Source of the DNA: Rhodospirillales bacterium
Lineage (GTDB): Bacteria; Pseudomonadota; Alphaproteobacteria; Bin95
Reading direction: 5' to 3'
NCBI GenBank assembly: GCA_038143065.1
Contig: JAYQLI010000035.1
Coordinates: 992,001 to 1,056,000 of the forward strand
Length of the DNA: 64,000 nt
Part shown: positions 34,350 to 46,248 of the stretch, in pieces
Numbering within the stretch: position 1 is the stretch's first letter
Layout: each line of letters begins with the position of its first letter
The notes under the pieces: generated by a model
What the model was told of the DNA's origin: nothing
Seen by the model: the letters and a program-made list of their open reading frames with translations, nothing else
Databases searched by the model: none
Translations under genes and position numbers: made by a program

Positions 34350-35443
34350 TCTGCCTCCAATGGAGCAATCAACGGCACTCCAGGGACCTGAATGCCATTT
34401 GGTCTTCCATCTTCCGTAACACCTTCATAGGAATTAGTCATCCAGCTTGGCAGCGACGGTCCATCTGAACAGGCCAGCCAAAGTCGCAAAAGATGTCTTC
34501 GATTTTCCACCAACTCAGTGTCTTCAAAAGCCGTACGGCTATGCCAAGTGAAGTGATTACAAACAAACTGCATATCACCTGGCTGAAAAATCATTTTGAG
34601 GTTAATGCCCTCTTCATTGGCGATTTCATCGATGAGATCTAAAGCTTTAGTTTGCTCATCAGTAAGAGGTGGGGCGCCAGGTAACAATTGACCTTTTCGG
34701 ATGGCGCTTCGAACATAGTGCGAGATCACTCGACCAGCATGCGGCATGAAGATAGGCACCTCTGCCCAAGGCTCTTTACCTTCTGGTATTTCGCCCCACC
34801 GAGTGCGGTAAAACGGCCGTAAAAGCACCTTCATTGCCTCTGGGGAACGTTTGATAACTTCATTATAAACGGTTGTTGAACTGACTATAGATGACATTCC
34901 TCCAGATTTGGCTGGACGCCAACAGAGAAGTCCAACTAAATCACTGGAGTCAGTGTGGTACGGAAGCCGCGCCGAAGTTTGGTATCCTCGGGCCAGAGGG
35001 TCGTCATAATTCAAACCAAGGTTTTTAACATGTCCAAGTAAGTGGCCCTTGCCATTTTGAGAACATGGACGGCCGAGGTACAAGCCAATACCCCAAAATG
35101 CTAGTGCAGCCTCTCTTAACGATAAGTCATCCAATGAAAAACCCCGAAACAGATAAAATCCTGGGCCTTCTAATAGGTAACGACGCATATAAGATATTCT
35201 TGCGGAAACAGTCGGTAGAGGAAAATCTGCCCTTGTTATTTCCAGTAAATCTAAGCCACGTCGACTGACCAATTCGATTGCATTAAGAATTTCATCAATC
35301 TCTTCAGAGCTCCAATGGTGGCACCATTGTGATGGTAACAACGCCATATCAGAACCAGTCCAAGCCTCTGGCCCCTGAATAGGTGATAGAAATTGATGAC
35401 TTTCTGCAAAACCTTCCAATTCGCTCTCCCAATCAATTCCCAA
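34346..35443 (-). CDS. TauD/TfdA-family Fe(II)/2-oxoglutarate dioxygenase
   Basis: HTD facial-triad motif, N..TWHSR, RHLLRLW. Confidence 0.87.
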   Translation of the reverse strand: MGIDWESELEGFAESHQFLSPIQGPEAWTGSDMALLPSQWCHHWSSEEIDEILNAIELVSRRGLDLLEITRADFPLPTVSARISYMRRYLLEGPGFYLFRGFSLDDLSLREAALAFWGIGLYLGRPCSQNGKGHLLGHVKNLGLNYDDPLARGYQTSARLPYHTDSSDLVGLLCWRPAKSGGMSSIVSSTTVYNEVIKRSPEAMKVLLRPFYRTRWGEIPEGKEPWAEVPIFMPHAGRVISHYVRSAIRKGQLLPGAPPLTDEQTKALDLIDEIANEEGINLKMIFQPGDMQFVCNHFTWHSRTAFEDTELVENRRHLLRLWLACSDGPSLPSWMTNSYEGVTEDGRPNGIQVPGVPLIAPLEAE

Positions 35444-35499
35444 CTACTCTAATCATCGTTATCCTTCCTGGCAGATTCCGATACGTCAAATCATATTAA

Positions 35500-37185
35500 A
35501 TGGGACGCTCTAGCAAGATGAACGATGCTTCAAATACGAATATGACCTTTGGTCGTGATGCCTTTATCGCTTGCCTGCTTGGAGAGGGCGTATCACGTAT
35601 GTTCGGCAATCCCGGCACCACGGAATTGCCAATAATGCATGCCCTTTCTAATTACCCAGAGATGGGGTATGTGCTTGCAATGCAGGAAAGCGTTGTAATT
35701 GGCATCGCTGATGGCTTTGGACGAGCTTCAGGCGAACTCGTCGCTTGTAATGTTCATGTAGCGCCAGGGCTTGGTAACGCTATGGGGGCTATTTATTCTG
35801 CTAAAATAGCTGGCATTCCTATGATTGTTACCGCCGGCCAACAAGAACAGGGCCACGGCCTAACGGAACCTCTCCTGTATGATCCTCTCGTTCCGATCGC
35901 TCAATCGCAAGTGAAATGGGCAACAGAGGTATCAAGGCTTGAAGACCTACCACGTGTACTCCACAGAGCTGCCAAAGTAGCAATGACCCCTCCAACTGGG
36001 CCAGTGTTCATATCTCTGCCCGGTGATATTTTAAATATGAAGGGCGCCGTTGATCTTGGCGAGGCAACCCGCATAGACGTGGCAGTTCGCCCAAACGACG
36101 ACACCCTCACATCTCTGGCGGACAAGCTTATCGGAGCTGAAAACCCAGTTATAATTGCAGGTCATGAAATAGTACGAAGTGATGCGTTTGATTGCGCCTC
36201 AGAATTTGCAACAGTATTAGGGGCGCCTGTTTGGCAACAAACAATAATAGACGGGGCACATTTTCCGTCCGACCATCCTGCTTATATGGGTGCCATTACT
36301 CGTTTTCAGCCAGTTGTTCGGGAACGTCTTGAACCGCATGATCTGATGATATGTATCGGATCAGACGCCCTAAAGATGTCCGTCTACAGTGAAGTAGAAC
36401 CAATGCCACCAGGGATGCGTGTCATCCAAATTGGCCAACGCGATTGGGAAATCGCAAAAAATTATGCTTGTGAATTAGCAATCCGAGCTGACGTCAAAGA
36501 GACGTTAAATGCTTTAATCCCTTTTTTAAAAGAAAAGGGCGGGGCTGAACTGGAAGCCAAATCACATGACCGCCTGGCAAAGATCAAAACCCAAAATTGG
36601 GCAGCAAAAAAAGCATCAAAGGTACAAGCTACTCTGACTCAGAGAGAAACGTGCAAATTAAAACCCGACTGGCTAATGATGAGATTGTCCGAGTTACTAC
36701 CTAAAAACGCCATAGTGGTAGATGAGGGAATTACAACCACCGGGTCAATTAACGATTTTCTCCCATACACAGATCGTTACAGCTATTTTGGCAACTCGTC
36801 AGGCGGCATAGGCTGGGGTATCGCTGCCTCTGTTGGCGTCCAAGCCGCACAGCCAGATCGCCAAGTTGTTGCTGTAATCGGCGATGGCAGTGCTATGTAT
36901 GCTATTCAGGCTCTATGGACAGCTGCTAACCTTAAACAGCAGACCGTTTTCATTATCTGCAATAACCAAGGATATACTGTTCTAAAACAGAGACTTAAAT
37001 CCTTCCACGACAATGACAACCCAATTGGAATGGACTTCAATGATCCTCAGCTTGACTGCGTTTCACTAGCCAAAGGCTTTGGTGTTGCAGGAGAGCGGGC
37101 CTCCACACCTGATGACTTTGAAACGGCATTCGCAAATGCCCTAGCACACGATGGCCCATACCTAATTGAAGCCATGATTGGCTAA
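35500..37185 (+). CDS. ThDP-dependent enzyme, benzoylformate decarboxylase-like
   Basis: FGNPGTTEL, MQE, NVHVAPGLGNAMG, GDGSAMY...NNQGY. Confidence 0.87.
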   Translation: MGRSSKMNDASNTNMTFGRDAFIACLLGEGVSRMFGNPGTTELPIMHALSNYPEMGYVLAMQESVVIGIADGFGRASGELVACNVHVAPGLGNAMGAIYSAKIAGIPMIVTAGQQEQGHGLTEPLLYDPLVPIAQSQVKWATEVSRLEDLPRVLHRAAKVAMTPPTGPVFISLPGDILNMKGAVDLGEATRIDVAVRPNDDTLTSLADKLIGAENPVIIAGHEIVRSDAFDCASEFATVLGAPVWQQTIIDGAHFPSDHPAYMGAITRFQPVVRERLEPHDLMICIGSDALKMSVYSEVEPMPPGMRVIQIGQRDWEIAKNYACELAIRADVKETLNALIPFLKEKGGAELEAKSHDRLAKIKTQNWAAKKASKVQATLTQRETCKLKPDWLMMRLSELLPKNAIVVDEGITTTGSINDFLPYTDRYSYFGNSSGGIGWGIAASVGVQAAQPDRQVVAVIGDGSAMYAIQALWTAANLKQQTVFIICNNQGYTVLKQRLKSFHDNDNPIGMDFNDPQLDCVSLAKGFGVAGERASTPDDFETAFANALAHDGPYLIEAMIG

Positions 37186-37257
37186 GTAAACTTTTGAATG
37201 CAGCGCTTTGAATTTTAGAGCTTAACGCGCTTTTGCCTTCTGAACAGGATTCAAATA

Positions 37258-37668
37258 TTAAAGATTAGCTGAAACTGGACGAGCAGAAATAATAACAAAC
37301 GCTTCGGCAAGGGGTGGTTCATCAGTTATGGTGAGGTCAATGACGGCTTCCATACCATCGGGCGTTAATTGAGCCAGACGAGCCGCTGCCCCCCCAGTCA
37401 ATCGCATAGTGGGTTTTCCTCCTGGCAGATTAATGACACCCATGTCTCGCCAAAACACGCCTTTGCGAAGTCCTGTTCCAAGAGCCTTTGAGCAGGCTTC
37501 CTTCGCCGCAAACCGCTTAGCATAAGACGCTGCCCGGGCCGCCCGTCTATCAGACTTTTCCCTCTCAATTTCGGTAAAAATGCGATCAACAAAGCGGTCG
37601 CCGAAACGATTTAACGTTGCCTCTATTCGAGTTATGTCAATGAGATCATTGCCTATACCTAAAATCAT
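37258..37668 (-). CDS. acpS: Holo-ACP synthase
   Basis: [23 protein letters not shown]. Confidence 0.95.
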   Translation of the reverse strand: MILGIGNDLIDITRIEATLNRFGDRFVDRIFTEIEREKSDRRAARAASYAKRFAAKEACSKALGTGLRKGVFWRDMGVINLPGGKPTMRLTGGAAARLAQLTPDGMEAVIDLTITDEPPLAEAFVIISARPVSANL

Positions 37669-38405
37669 TAATTCCCCACCGCTTCATCCATAAGACGGCG
37701 CATTTCCCCTATTGCCTCCTTTAAGCCCATAAAAATGGCCTCTCCAACTAGGAAGTGTCCAATATTCAGCTCTACAATTTCGGGAATAGCAGCTATCGGC
37801 TTGACACTATCAAAGGCCAGGCCGTGCCCAGCATGGCACTCAAGGCCCAGAAATTTAGCATCTTTTGCAGCAGCGCTAATACGATCCAATTCTATAGAAC
37901 GACTTGCACCACTAGCTTCGCAATAACGCCCAGTATGCAGTTCTACCACAGGAACACCGAGATTTGCAGCTGCTTTAAGTTGAACTAGATCTGCCTCAAT
38001 AAACAGTGAAACCCTGCAACCTGCGGACATCAGTTCTTTGACTAATGGCTGTAAACGATCCTTTAAACCAGCAACGTCTAGACCGCCTTCAGTTGTTACC
38101 TCTTCCCGTTTTTCAGGAACCAGACAAACGGCATGGGGTTTATGTTGGAGTGCTATTTGGACCATCTCCTCTGTAGGAGCGATCTCTAAATTCAGTGGAA
38201 GATCAACTTCGGTCTTGAGAAGTGGCAAATCTAGATCACGTATGTGCCTACGATCTTCACGTAGGTGAGCTGTGATGCCATCAACCCCCGCTGCCTTAGC
38301 CAACAAAGCAGCTCTAAGAGGAGCAGGATGATCGCCTCCTCGGGCATTTCTTACTGTAGCAACATGGTCAATATTAAGACCTAACCTAAGTTGTTTTGAT
38401 GGCAT
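37668..38405 (-). CDS. pdxJ: Pyridoxine 5'-phosphate synthase
   Basis: [38 protein letters not shown]. Confidence 0.97.
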   Translation of the reverse strand: MPSKQLRLGLNIDHVATVRNARGGDHPAPLRAALLAKAAGVDGITAHLREDRRHIRDLDLPLLKTEVDLPLNLEIAPTEEMVQIALQHKPHAVCLVPEKREEVTTEGGLDVAGLKDRLQPLVKELMSAGCRVSLFIEADLVQLKAAANLGVPVVELHTGRYCEASGASRSIELDRISAAAKDAKFLGLECHAGHGLAFDSVKPIAAIPEIVELNIGHFLVGEAIFMGLKEAIGEMRRLMDEAVGN

Positions 38406-38406
38406 G

Positions 38407-39012
38407 CTAACCCTTTTCTACTGAGTGCAGGCGTGTTTCACGGGCTATCTTCTTTGCCTGAATTCGGTTTTGGCGGGAGCTTTGATAGGCTTGAATAAGC
38501 CGACGAAGGCCAAAATAAAATACGATCCAGGCAACCCCCATGATTAAGCCACCAATTAACATTGGCTGAAATACTGGCAGACTATCGCGTGCAGCCTGCT
38601 GAAAATCACCTCTCCAGACATCGGAAGCTACGCCTTGGAGAAGCTGAGACAATGATTTTTCGGTGACGTCGCCTTGCTCTCCAAAGCCTAGCATACGGCC
38701 AAGACGGAAACTGGATATCCAGATAAACGGAAATGTCCATGGGTTCCCGACGATAGTCCCGATAGCGGAAGCAATAATACTTACCCTCAAGCCAGCTGAT
38801 AGAATTGCTGCAATAATGAAATGCAACCCTGGCACAGGAAGAAAACTAACTGCCGCACCAAATGCAAAACCACTTGCTAGTGCGTGAGGTGAACCCCGCA
38901 TGCGCTGCAGACGGCGCAGTATGTACTTAGCCCCACGTTGCAGACCACTATTGGGCCATAACCATGACTTTAAAATTGCAAAACTTGAGCGAGGCTTCTG
39001 ACGTCCAAACAT
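38407..39012 (-). CDS. DUF2062 membrane protein
   Basis: [22 protein letters not shown]; usual position after spoT. Confidence 0.85.
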   Translation of the reverse strand: MFGRQKPRSSFAILKSWLWPNSGLQRGAKYILRRLQRMRGSPHALASGFAFGAAVSFLPVPGLHFIIAAILSAGLRVSIIASAIGTIVGNPWTFPFIWISSFRLGRMLGFGEQGDVTEKSLSQLLQGVASDVWRGDFQQAARDSLPVFQPMLIGGLIMGVAWIVFYFGLRRLIQAYQSSRQNRIQAKKIARETRLHSVEKG

Positions 39013-39020
39013 TACTTTAC

Positions 39021-41163
39021 TTAGGCGCCTTCTCTCTCAATGGTTGTGATTACGCTATCTGCGCGAAGTGCAGCAATGATGATGGCAAGATGATCCAGAC
39101 TATCAACCTCAATATCAACTATAAGCTCAAAAAATCCTCTGCTCGGCTAGAAAACCGCAGATTCGAAATATTGCCACCTTGGCGGCCGATTGTATTAGAC
39201 ACAGCTCCAAGAGCACCTGGCGAGTTCTGGAGCGTAATACGGACCCGACCTACTCTGCGCTCGGGTGATTTTTCTTCCCAATCAACATCAAGCCATCTTT
39301 CTGGGGTATGGCTGAAAGCTTCTAAAGTTGCGCAGTCAGAAACATGGACCGTCACTCCTTTACCAGAAGTTACGATACCTATGATTTGGTCGCCTGGAAG
39401 AGGATGACAGCATCGCGCGTAATGAACGGCCATACCAGGGATTAGGCCTTTCAGCGGAAGCGCTTTAACATTCGTATTATCTTGGCTGGCGGCGCTTTTC
39501 CCAGCTTGCCTATCTTCTCCCCCTTGGATGTAGATCGTACGGCTTTGGGAGCCAAAACACTTATTAATTCGGCTTCAGTGAATAAACCCTCGCCGAGTGC
39601 AGCAAACAAATCATCTTGTGTTTCTAATTCAAATTTCTTCAATACCGGACGTAACATACGATCTGAAAAAGTTAGTCCTGCCTCAGCCGCCGCTGCCTTC
39701 GCAACCTCACGGCCTAGTGAAATGTATTGATCGCGCTGTTCTAGGCGAATAAGTCTACGGATACGAGCCTTGGCCCGGCCGGTTGCAACAAACTGTCCCC
39801 ATTCTGGAGATGGGGTCTTATTTTTAGAAGTTAAAACTTCTATTTCATCACCATTGGATAACTTTGAACGAACTGGCGCTATCCGTCCGTTAATACGGGC
39901 ACCAACACAATGATCCCCAACTTCTGAATGAACCGCATAAGCGAAATCAACAACAGTTGCGCCATTAGGAAGCCCAATCAGGTCACCTTTGGGCGTAAAA
40001 CAAAAAACCTGATCTTGAAACATCTCAAGCTTGGTATGTTCCAAAAATTCTTCAGCACCGCCAGCTTCATCTAAAATATCAAGCAAGCTGCGGATCCAAG
40101 CAAACTGCTTCCCATCATGGACTACGTCACCCTGCTTATAACGCCAGTGCGAGGCCAGCCCATATTCAGCTATTTCGTGCATCTCGCGGGTGCGAATTTG
40201 CACCTCAATCCGCATCCTTTCAGGTCCTATCACTCCAGTATGAAGAGACTGATATCCATTTGGTTTTGGGGTTGAAAGATAGTCCTTGAAGCGACCTGGC
40301 AGTACTTGATAGACGCCATGGATCGCACCGAGTGCGCGATAACATTCCTCGACGGTTCCAACTATAACGCGAAACGCCATAATATCTGTTAACGCTTCAA
40401 AAGGAGCCGCCTTTCTCTGCATCTTTGTCCATATGGAATATGTAGCCTTTTCGCGACCTGAGACTTCAGCGTTAAGTCCACTCTCTGATAGTGTTTTGTG
40501 AAGTGCAAAAATTACTTTTTCGCTCAGATCACGGCCATTTGAACGCAGTAATTCAAGTCTAGTAATGATAGAATTACGAGCATCAGGGTTTAATTCTGCA
40601 AAGGCGAGGTCAACCAGTTCATCCCGCCAAGGTTGCATTCCAATACGCTCCGCCAAGGGCGCATATATGTCCATAGTTTCAGCAGCACTACGCCTACGAC
40701 TAACCTCTGATTTCACAAAACCCAGGGTGCGCATGTTGTGAAGACGGTCAGCCAGCTTTACTAACAAGACACGGATGTCTTCAGACATCGCTAGAACAAG
40801 CTTGCGAAAATTCTCAGCTTGTTTTGTTTGATCCGACTGGATCTCAATCTTGTTTAGTTTCGTAACACCATCCACTAACCGCGCGATGTCTTCACCGAAT
40901 AAACGTTTTATATCAGTGAGGCTGGCATCAGTATCTTCGACGGTGTCGTGCAACAAGGCCGTAATGATTGAACCAGAGTCCAATCGCATATCTGCAAGAA
41001 GCCACGCTACTTCCAGCGGGTGCGAAAAGTACGGATCACCGGAAGCACGTCGCTGCGAACCATGCTTCTGCATAGCAAAAATGTAAGCTTTGTTAATTCC
41101 GACTTCATTGACAGCTGGGTCGTAGTCCCTAACTTTTTCAACCAGCTCAAATTGCCGGATCAT
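39021..41163 (-). CDS. spoT: Bifunctional (p)ppGpp synthetase/hydrolase (two frameshifts)
   Basis: HD hydrolase LLHDTVED, synthetase RFKD..KPNGYQSLHT, TGS, CCHP zinc finger, ACT domain. Breaks near 39482 and 39130. Confidence 0.95.
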
Positions 41164-41202
41164 TCTGGGATACTCTCTAGCTCCTCCAGGGGTCGTGCGG
41201 CA

Positions 41203-41610
41203 TTAGATCTTTGGATCTTCTCCGGCATCATATCTCTCAGCGAGACGGTCACGGTTAACAGGCTCTGGAGCACCCTGTGCGGCCACTTCCTGGGCCAGAG
41301 CCGCGAGATCAAGGTCATCATCATCTGTTTCGCCACTGCTCATTGACATCGCAGCTTCGTCTAATTCGTCTATTTCTTCAACTGGAGCAACCTTTTGACG
41401 CCCTTGAACTACTGCCTCAAAGAGTTCTTCGGTCGAAAGCTGGTCTTCAGCAATTTCTCGCAGTGCTACAACTGGGTTCTTGTCATTGTCGCGATCGACA
41501 AGAAGTTCACTACCAGACGAAATATCACGAGCTCGTTGGCCAGCAAGAATTACCAAATCGAACCTATTGGGAACGCGCTCTACGCAATCTTCCACAGTGA
41601 CTCGAGCCAT
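41203..41610 (-). CDS. rpoZ: RNA polymerase omega subunit
   Basis: [21 protein letters not shown], acidic tail. Confidence 0.97.
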   Translation of the reverse strand: MARVTVEDCVERVPNRFDLVILAGQRARDISSGSELLVDRDNDKNPVVALREIAEDQLSTEELFEAVVQGRQKVAPVEEIDELDEAAMSMSSGETDDDDLDLAALAQEVAAQGAPEPVNRDRLAERYDAGEDPKI

Positions 41611-41798
41611 GATTATCTCCTTTCCATTGATCAGCCTGGTGTTATACCTTTTAAGCGCAAAAAATCAATGTATTCTGTAAGAATTGAAAAGAACTTTAAT
41701 CCTTCCCATCTGTGAGAGGATTATTCACCGTTCAAATCACAAAATTTATTTCAAATTCAAAATTTTAAAAATTATTTTAGAACAAAGGTATATCGATT

Positions 41799-42455
41799 AT
41801 GCAAAGTGTCCGTAGAGGTATTTTTATTGATGGCGCCAACCTTTTCTCAGCCGCAAAACACCTAGGTTTTGATATTGATTACAGAAGATTACTTGATTTC
41901 TTTGGGGGCGGGAGCTGGTTGGTCCGAGCATATTACTACACTGCGATAGCAGAGGATCAGGAGTACTCTCCAGTTCGTCCTCTCGCTGACTGGCTAGATT
42001 ATAACGGTTACACGCTAATTTCTAAATCGGCGAAAGAATTTGTTGATACTTCTGGCCGTCGAAGAATACGTGGAAACATGGACGTTGAAATTACGGTCGA
42101 CGCATTGAGTCTTTCAGAAAATCTTGATCACGTAATTTTGATGAGCGGCAATGGTGATTTTCGCCGTCTGATAGAAGCCATTCAGCAAAAAGGAGTCCGA
42201 GTAACAGTCGTAAGCACGGTCAGAACCAATCCACCTATGATTGCTGATGAATTAAGAAGACAAGCAGACGAATATATTGACCTTCTAGACATTGCTCCTC
42301 GGATTGAACGACGCGTACCAGATCGAGGCGAAGCAACTCGCGCAGCACCGCGTCGGGAAGAAAAATTTGATCGACCGGAAGTTGATGATCAGCCATTACG
42401 TGGTCCAGGAGACTTTCGTGACGCTGGATATTTAGATGATGACGAGCTTGACTGA
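41799..42455 (+). CDS. NYN domain (LabA/DUF88) protein
   Basis: FIDGANL, GNMDVEI, SGNGDF, ADELRRQAD. Confidence 0.9.
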   Translation: MQSVRRGIFIDGANLFSAAKHLGFDIDYRRLLDFFGGGSWLVRAYYYTAIAEDQEYSPVRPLADWLDYNGYTLISKSAKEFVDTSGRRRIRGNMDVEITVDALSLSENLDHVILMSGNGDFRRLIEAIQQKGVRVTVVSTVRTNPPMIADELRRQADEYIDLLDIAPRIERRVPDRGEATRAAPRREEKFDRPEVDDQPLRGPGDFRDAGYLDDDELD

Positions 42456-43095
42456 AGCCAACATTTGGCAAGGGCCCTCGCACAATTGTGCTTTTTGCCC
42501 AAGGCTTGTTGCTCTTCGTGAAGACCTTAAAGTTTCCGAGCCTGACTGGCATAATGGCCCGGTTCCTTCATTTGGGGAGTTAAATTCTCGACTTTTAGTC
42601 GTTGGGCTTGCACCAGGGATGAACGGGGCAAACCGAACCGGCAGACCATTTACTGGGGATTACGCAGGAGACCTCTTGTATGAAAGCCTGAGCCATTTTG
42701 GCTTTGCTGAAGGAGCCTATGAAAAACATGCCAATGACAGTTTAAAGCTCATCGATTGCCGTATCGCAAATGCTGTTCGATGCTTGCCGCCAAAAAATAA
42801 ACCAACAACCGATGAAGCAAAAACTTGCAGGCCATTCCTCATCTCAGAAATTCAGGCAATGCCAAATCTCCGCCAAATTTTAGCACTGGGTAGAATTGCG
42901 CATGAAGCAGTGCTCCGCGCACTTGGCATTAGTTTAAAGCAGGCATCTTTCGCGCATGGCGCGGCGCATCGTCTTGGAGACATAACGATTACTGACAGCT
43001 ATCACTGCTCACGCTACAACACCAACACTGGACGGCTGACTAGAGAAATGTTTTTCAACGTGATCGGTGAAGTCCGCCAGCGGCTTGACGTTTAA
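42436..43095 (+). CDS. Uracil-DNA glycosylase, family 5 (UdgB-like)
   Basis: CxxC, GLAPG..GANRTGRPFTGD, RCLPP.NKP, YHCSRYN. Confidence 0.88.
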   Translation: MMTSLTEANIWQGPSHNCAFCPRLVALREDLKVSEPDWHNGPVPSFGELNSRLLVVGLAPGMNGANRTGRPFTGDYAGDLLYESLSHFGFAEGAYEKHANDSLKLIDCRIANAVRCLPPKNKPTTDEAKTCRPFLISEIQAMPNLRQILALGRIAHEAVLRALGISLKQASFAHGAAHRLGDITITDSYHCSRYNTNTGRLTREMFFNVIGEVRQRLDV

Positions 43096-43123
43096 ATAAT
43101 TATAATTCGTGAGACAGCAGAGC

Positions 43124-43872
43124 ATGAGCAAAAAAAAGGATGGAATTTGGGACTATTTTCGCGCCATCTTCTGGGCTTTGCTGTTAGCTGGTACTTTTCG
43201 ATCACTAGCATATGAGCCCTTCAGCATTCCATCCGGGTCTATGCAACCAACATTATTGATTGGCGATCATTTGTTTGTTTCAAAATGGACTTATGGATAC
43301 AGCAAACATTCTTTTCCATTTAGTCCAAATATTTACAGTGGCCGGATCCCAGAAAGCGGGCCAGACCGCGGCGATGTCGCTGTCTTCAAAGTAATTAAAG
43401 AAGCTTGGCGGGGGGACAAAAATCTACCACACGTACGGATTACATTAAACGTGTGGTAGGCTTACCGGGTGATACTATTCAGATGAAAAACGGTAGGCTG
43501 TTTATAAATGGAGTTAAAGTTCCAAGAACATCCGATGGGGAATTTACGCCCAGCCAGCGAGAGGGGATCACTTATCGACAATTTATAGAGACCCTTCCGA
43601 ATGGAGTAGAACATAAGATCTTAGAACTTGGAGACAATTTACGTTTCGATAATACGCCTATTTATAAAGTCCCACCTGGTCATTATTTCATGATGGGCGA
43701 CAATAGAGATAACTCAAACGACAGCCGAGCTGATGTATCTTTTGTACCTGCAGAAAATCTTGTTGGCCGAGCTGATATTATGTTCCTGTCGATAGATTGG
43801 CGCAGCGAAAACTGGATGGACTTTGATGCCGGAATTCGCTGGGAGCGAATGCTAACCACTATTGGCCCCTAA
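43124..43872 (+). CDS. lepB: Signal peptidase I (frameshift in the G-run near 43412)
   Basis: IPSGSMQPTL, DYIKRVVGLPGD, MGDNRDNSNDSR. Confidence 0.95.
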
Positions 43873-43878
43873 AACTCC

Positions 43879-44586
43879 ATGTCTGCCATGAATGCAAAAT
43901 CCAAGTTACAAGGTAAAATCCAATATAAGTTTCAAAACGAGGCATTGCTTGAAAGCGCACTTATCCATCCCAGCACGCCGGGTAGTCGGACGGCTGACTT
44001 AGCGGCAGGTGGTTTTGAACGTCTTGAATTTTTAGGAGACCGAGTTTTGGGCTTAGCCATAGCTGGTCTACTGCTCGACATTTTTCCAAATGCACCTGAA
44101 GGAGAACTCTCTAAACGTCATACGGCACTAGTACGTAAAGAAGCTTTAGTCCGTATTGGCAAGACGATTAATCTTAGTTCGGCCATTCAACTTGCAATAG
44201 GCGATGGAAATGCGTTTGCGCGGCAGAAAGAAACTGCAATAGCCGATGGCGTAGAAGCATTGATTGGTGCAATCTTTCTTGACGGCGGATATGACCCTGC
44301 CAGCAAATTTGTCCGTGAATGTTGGAAGGAGATGCTAGATACCGTTGATCTAGTAACAAAAGATCCCAAAACGACCCTTCAGGAGTGGGCTCAAGCCCAC
44401 AGTTTAGAACTTCCAAAATACAGCATCGTCAATACAGAAGGCTCAGCGCATCAACCCACATTCTTCGTAGAAGTTTATATAGAAGGTTATCCAGCTCTAG
44501 CAGGACGAGGACGATCTAAACGATTGGCAGAGCAGGCAGCGGCAGAAAAAATGTTGGCTTCTATTGGCATATCAACAAACCAATGA
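43879..44586 (+). CDS. rnc: Ribonuclease III
   Basis: ERLEFLGDRVLG, EALIGAIFLD, dsRBD DPKTTLQEWAQ. Confidence 0.97.
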   Translation: MSAMNAKSKLQGKIQYKFQNEALLESALIHPSTPGSRTADLAAGGFERLEFLGDRVLGLAIAGLLLDIFPNAPEGELSKRHTALVRKEALVRIGKTINLSSAIQLAIGDGNAFARQKETAIADGVEALIGAIFLDGGYDPASKFVRECWKEMLDTVDLVTKDPKTTLQEWAQAHSLELPKYSIVNTEGSAHQPTFFVEVYIEGYPALAGRGRSKRLAEQAAAEKMLASIGISTNQ

Positions 44587-45506
44587 TTGAAGAATTCGAA
44601 AAACTTCAGAATGAAACTAGAGCAAGCTTAGTTGCATTAGTTGGAGCACCAAACGCTGGCAAATCAACTTTGGTAAACCAACTTGTTGGCGCAAAAGTTT
44701 CAATCGTCTCAGCTAAGGCTCAAACCACACGAACGCGCGTTATGGGCGTGCGAATGCAAGGTGAAACACAGCTAGTTTTTGTCGATACCCCCGGTATTTT
44801 TTCTCCTCGCAGACGCTTAGATCGAGCAATGGTCCATGCTGCCTGGTCAGGTGCCGACGGCGCAGATGCTATTTGTCTAGTCTATGACGCCTCAAGGGAT
44901 AATCCCAAGGGTCTGGAGGGCCTTTTAGAAAAAATCCAAGCACAGAAAACAACACGCATTCTTGTGCTGAATAAAGTTGATCAAATTAAAAGACAGAAAC
45001 TTCTTGGTTTAGCTCAAAGATTAAATGAGATGGCAGATTTTAATCACACATTTATGGTCTCAGCCTTGATGGGTGATGGAGTAGATGATCTTGCCTTAGA
45101 GCTGGCTAAGACCGCTCCTAAAGGTCCTTGGCTTTTCCCTGAAGACCAACTCTCTGATATGCAGGACAGGTTATTTGCTGCGGAAATAACCCGCGAACAA
45201 GCATTTCGCCAGCTTGGGCAAGAAGTCCCTTACGCACTCACTGTGGAGACGGAGGAGTGGAAGGAGTTTCAAAACGGAGAAGTTCGTGTTGAGCAAACTA
45301 TCTATGTGGAACGCGCTAGTCAGCGTGCAATTGTTCTAGGGAAATCAGGGGAACGAATTCGTAGAATTCGTGAAGCAGCACAAGCAGAACTTCAGGAAGC
45401 CACCGACCGCAAGGCACACCTTTTCCTTTTCGTTAAGGTCCGAGCAAATTGGACTGAAGATCCGGAAAGATACGCACCCTGGGCTCTCGATTACAACGCT
45501 GAGTGA
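44583..45506 (+). CDS. era: GTPase Era
   Basis: GAPNAGKS, QTTR, DTPG, NKVD, KH domain. Confidence 0.97.
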   Translation: MIEEFEKLQNETRASLVALVGAPNAGKSTLVNQLVGAKVSIVSAKAQTTRTRVMGVRMQGETQLVFVDTPGIFSPRRRLDRAMVHAAWSGADGADAICLVYDASRDNPKGLEGLLEKIQAQKTTRILVLNKVDQIKRQKLLGLAQRLNEMADFNHTFMVSALMGDGVDDLALELAKTAPKGPWLFPEDQLSDMQDRLFAAEITREQAFRQLGQEVPYALTVETEEWKEFQNGEVRVEQTIYVERASQRAIVLGKSGERIRRIREAAQAELQEATDRKAHLFLFVKVRANWTEDPERYAPWALDYNAE

Positions 45507-45510
45507 CTAG

Positions 45511-46248
45511 ATGATCGAATGGAGAGATCATGGCGTTATACTTTCGGCCCGCCCTTTTGGCGAAGATGGTCTCTTAGTCAAAGCCATCACGCGAGAGCAT
45601 GGACTGCATGCGGGACTAGTCCGATGGAGCGGCCGCAAACGTCGCGATGGGTTTGTGCTACAACCTGGTGTTGAAGGTGAATTTGTGTGGCGCGCTCGTC
45701 TAGATGACCAGCTAGGAAATTGGACTATAGAACCGCTTCGCGACCATTCCAGTTACTGGCTAGAAGACCGCAGGCGCCTTGCTGCCATCTCCTCAACTGC
45801 CGCAGTCATAGAAGCAGCATTGGCGGAACGGGAAGCTCAACCAGGAGTTGCGGCAGCAACCGAAGCGCTGCTCTCTGCCTTCAACCTTGAGGCATGGCCA
45901 GCACTCTACGTTCGCTGGGAAGTTGGAGTTTTAGCAGAACTGGGATTTGCGTTAGATCTTGAAAAATGTGCTGCAACTGGGGAAACCGAAAATCTAGCTT
46001 ACGTATCGCCACGTACGGGTCGAGCGGTCTCTTACAGTGCGGGAGCACCATACAAGGAGCGATTATTGATTTTGCCAAGATTTCTTGTTGGAGGAATAAG
46101 CATTAATGACGAGGATATCGCCTCGGGCCTCAAATTGACGGCACATTTTTTAGCCCGTGATGTTTTGGGATCGCTTAACCGTGATATCCCAAGGGCTCGA
46201 AGAAGACTGCAAGACCTTTTCACCGAATCTGCTATAGAAAATCAATGA
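45511..46248 (+). CDS. recO: DNA repair protein RecO
   Basis: Follows era; OB N-terminus, [16 protein letters not shown]. Confidence 0.93.
   Translation: MIEWRDHGVILSARPFGEDGLLVKAITREHGLHAGLVRWSGRKRRDGFVLQPGVEGEFVWRARLDDQLGNWTIEPLRDHSSYWLEDRRRLAAISSTAAVIEAALAEREAQPGVAAATEALLSAFNLEAWPALYVRWEVGVLAELGFALDLEKCAATGETENLAYVSPRTGRAVSYSAGAPYKERLLILPRFLVGGISINDEDIASGLKLTAHFLARDVLGSLNRDIPRARRRLQDLFTESAIENQ

Noticed and set aside
41799-42455. NYN nuclease as a toxin or defence gene
   Set aside because: A LabA/DUF88 gene divergent from rpoZ is a usual core arrangement in this class, and no antitoxin is adjacent.
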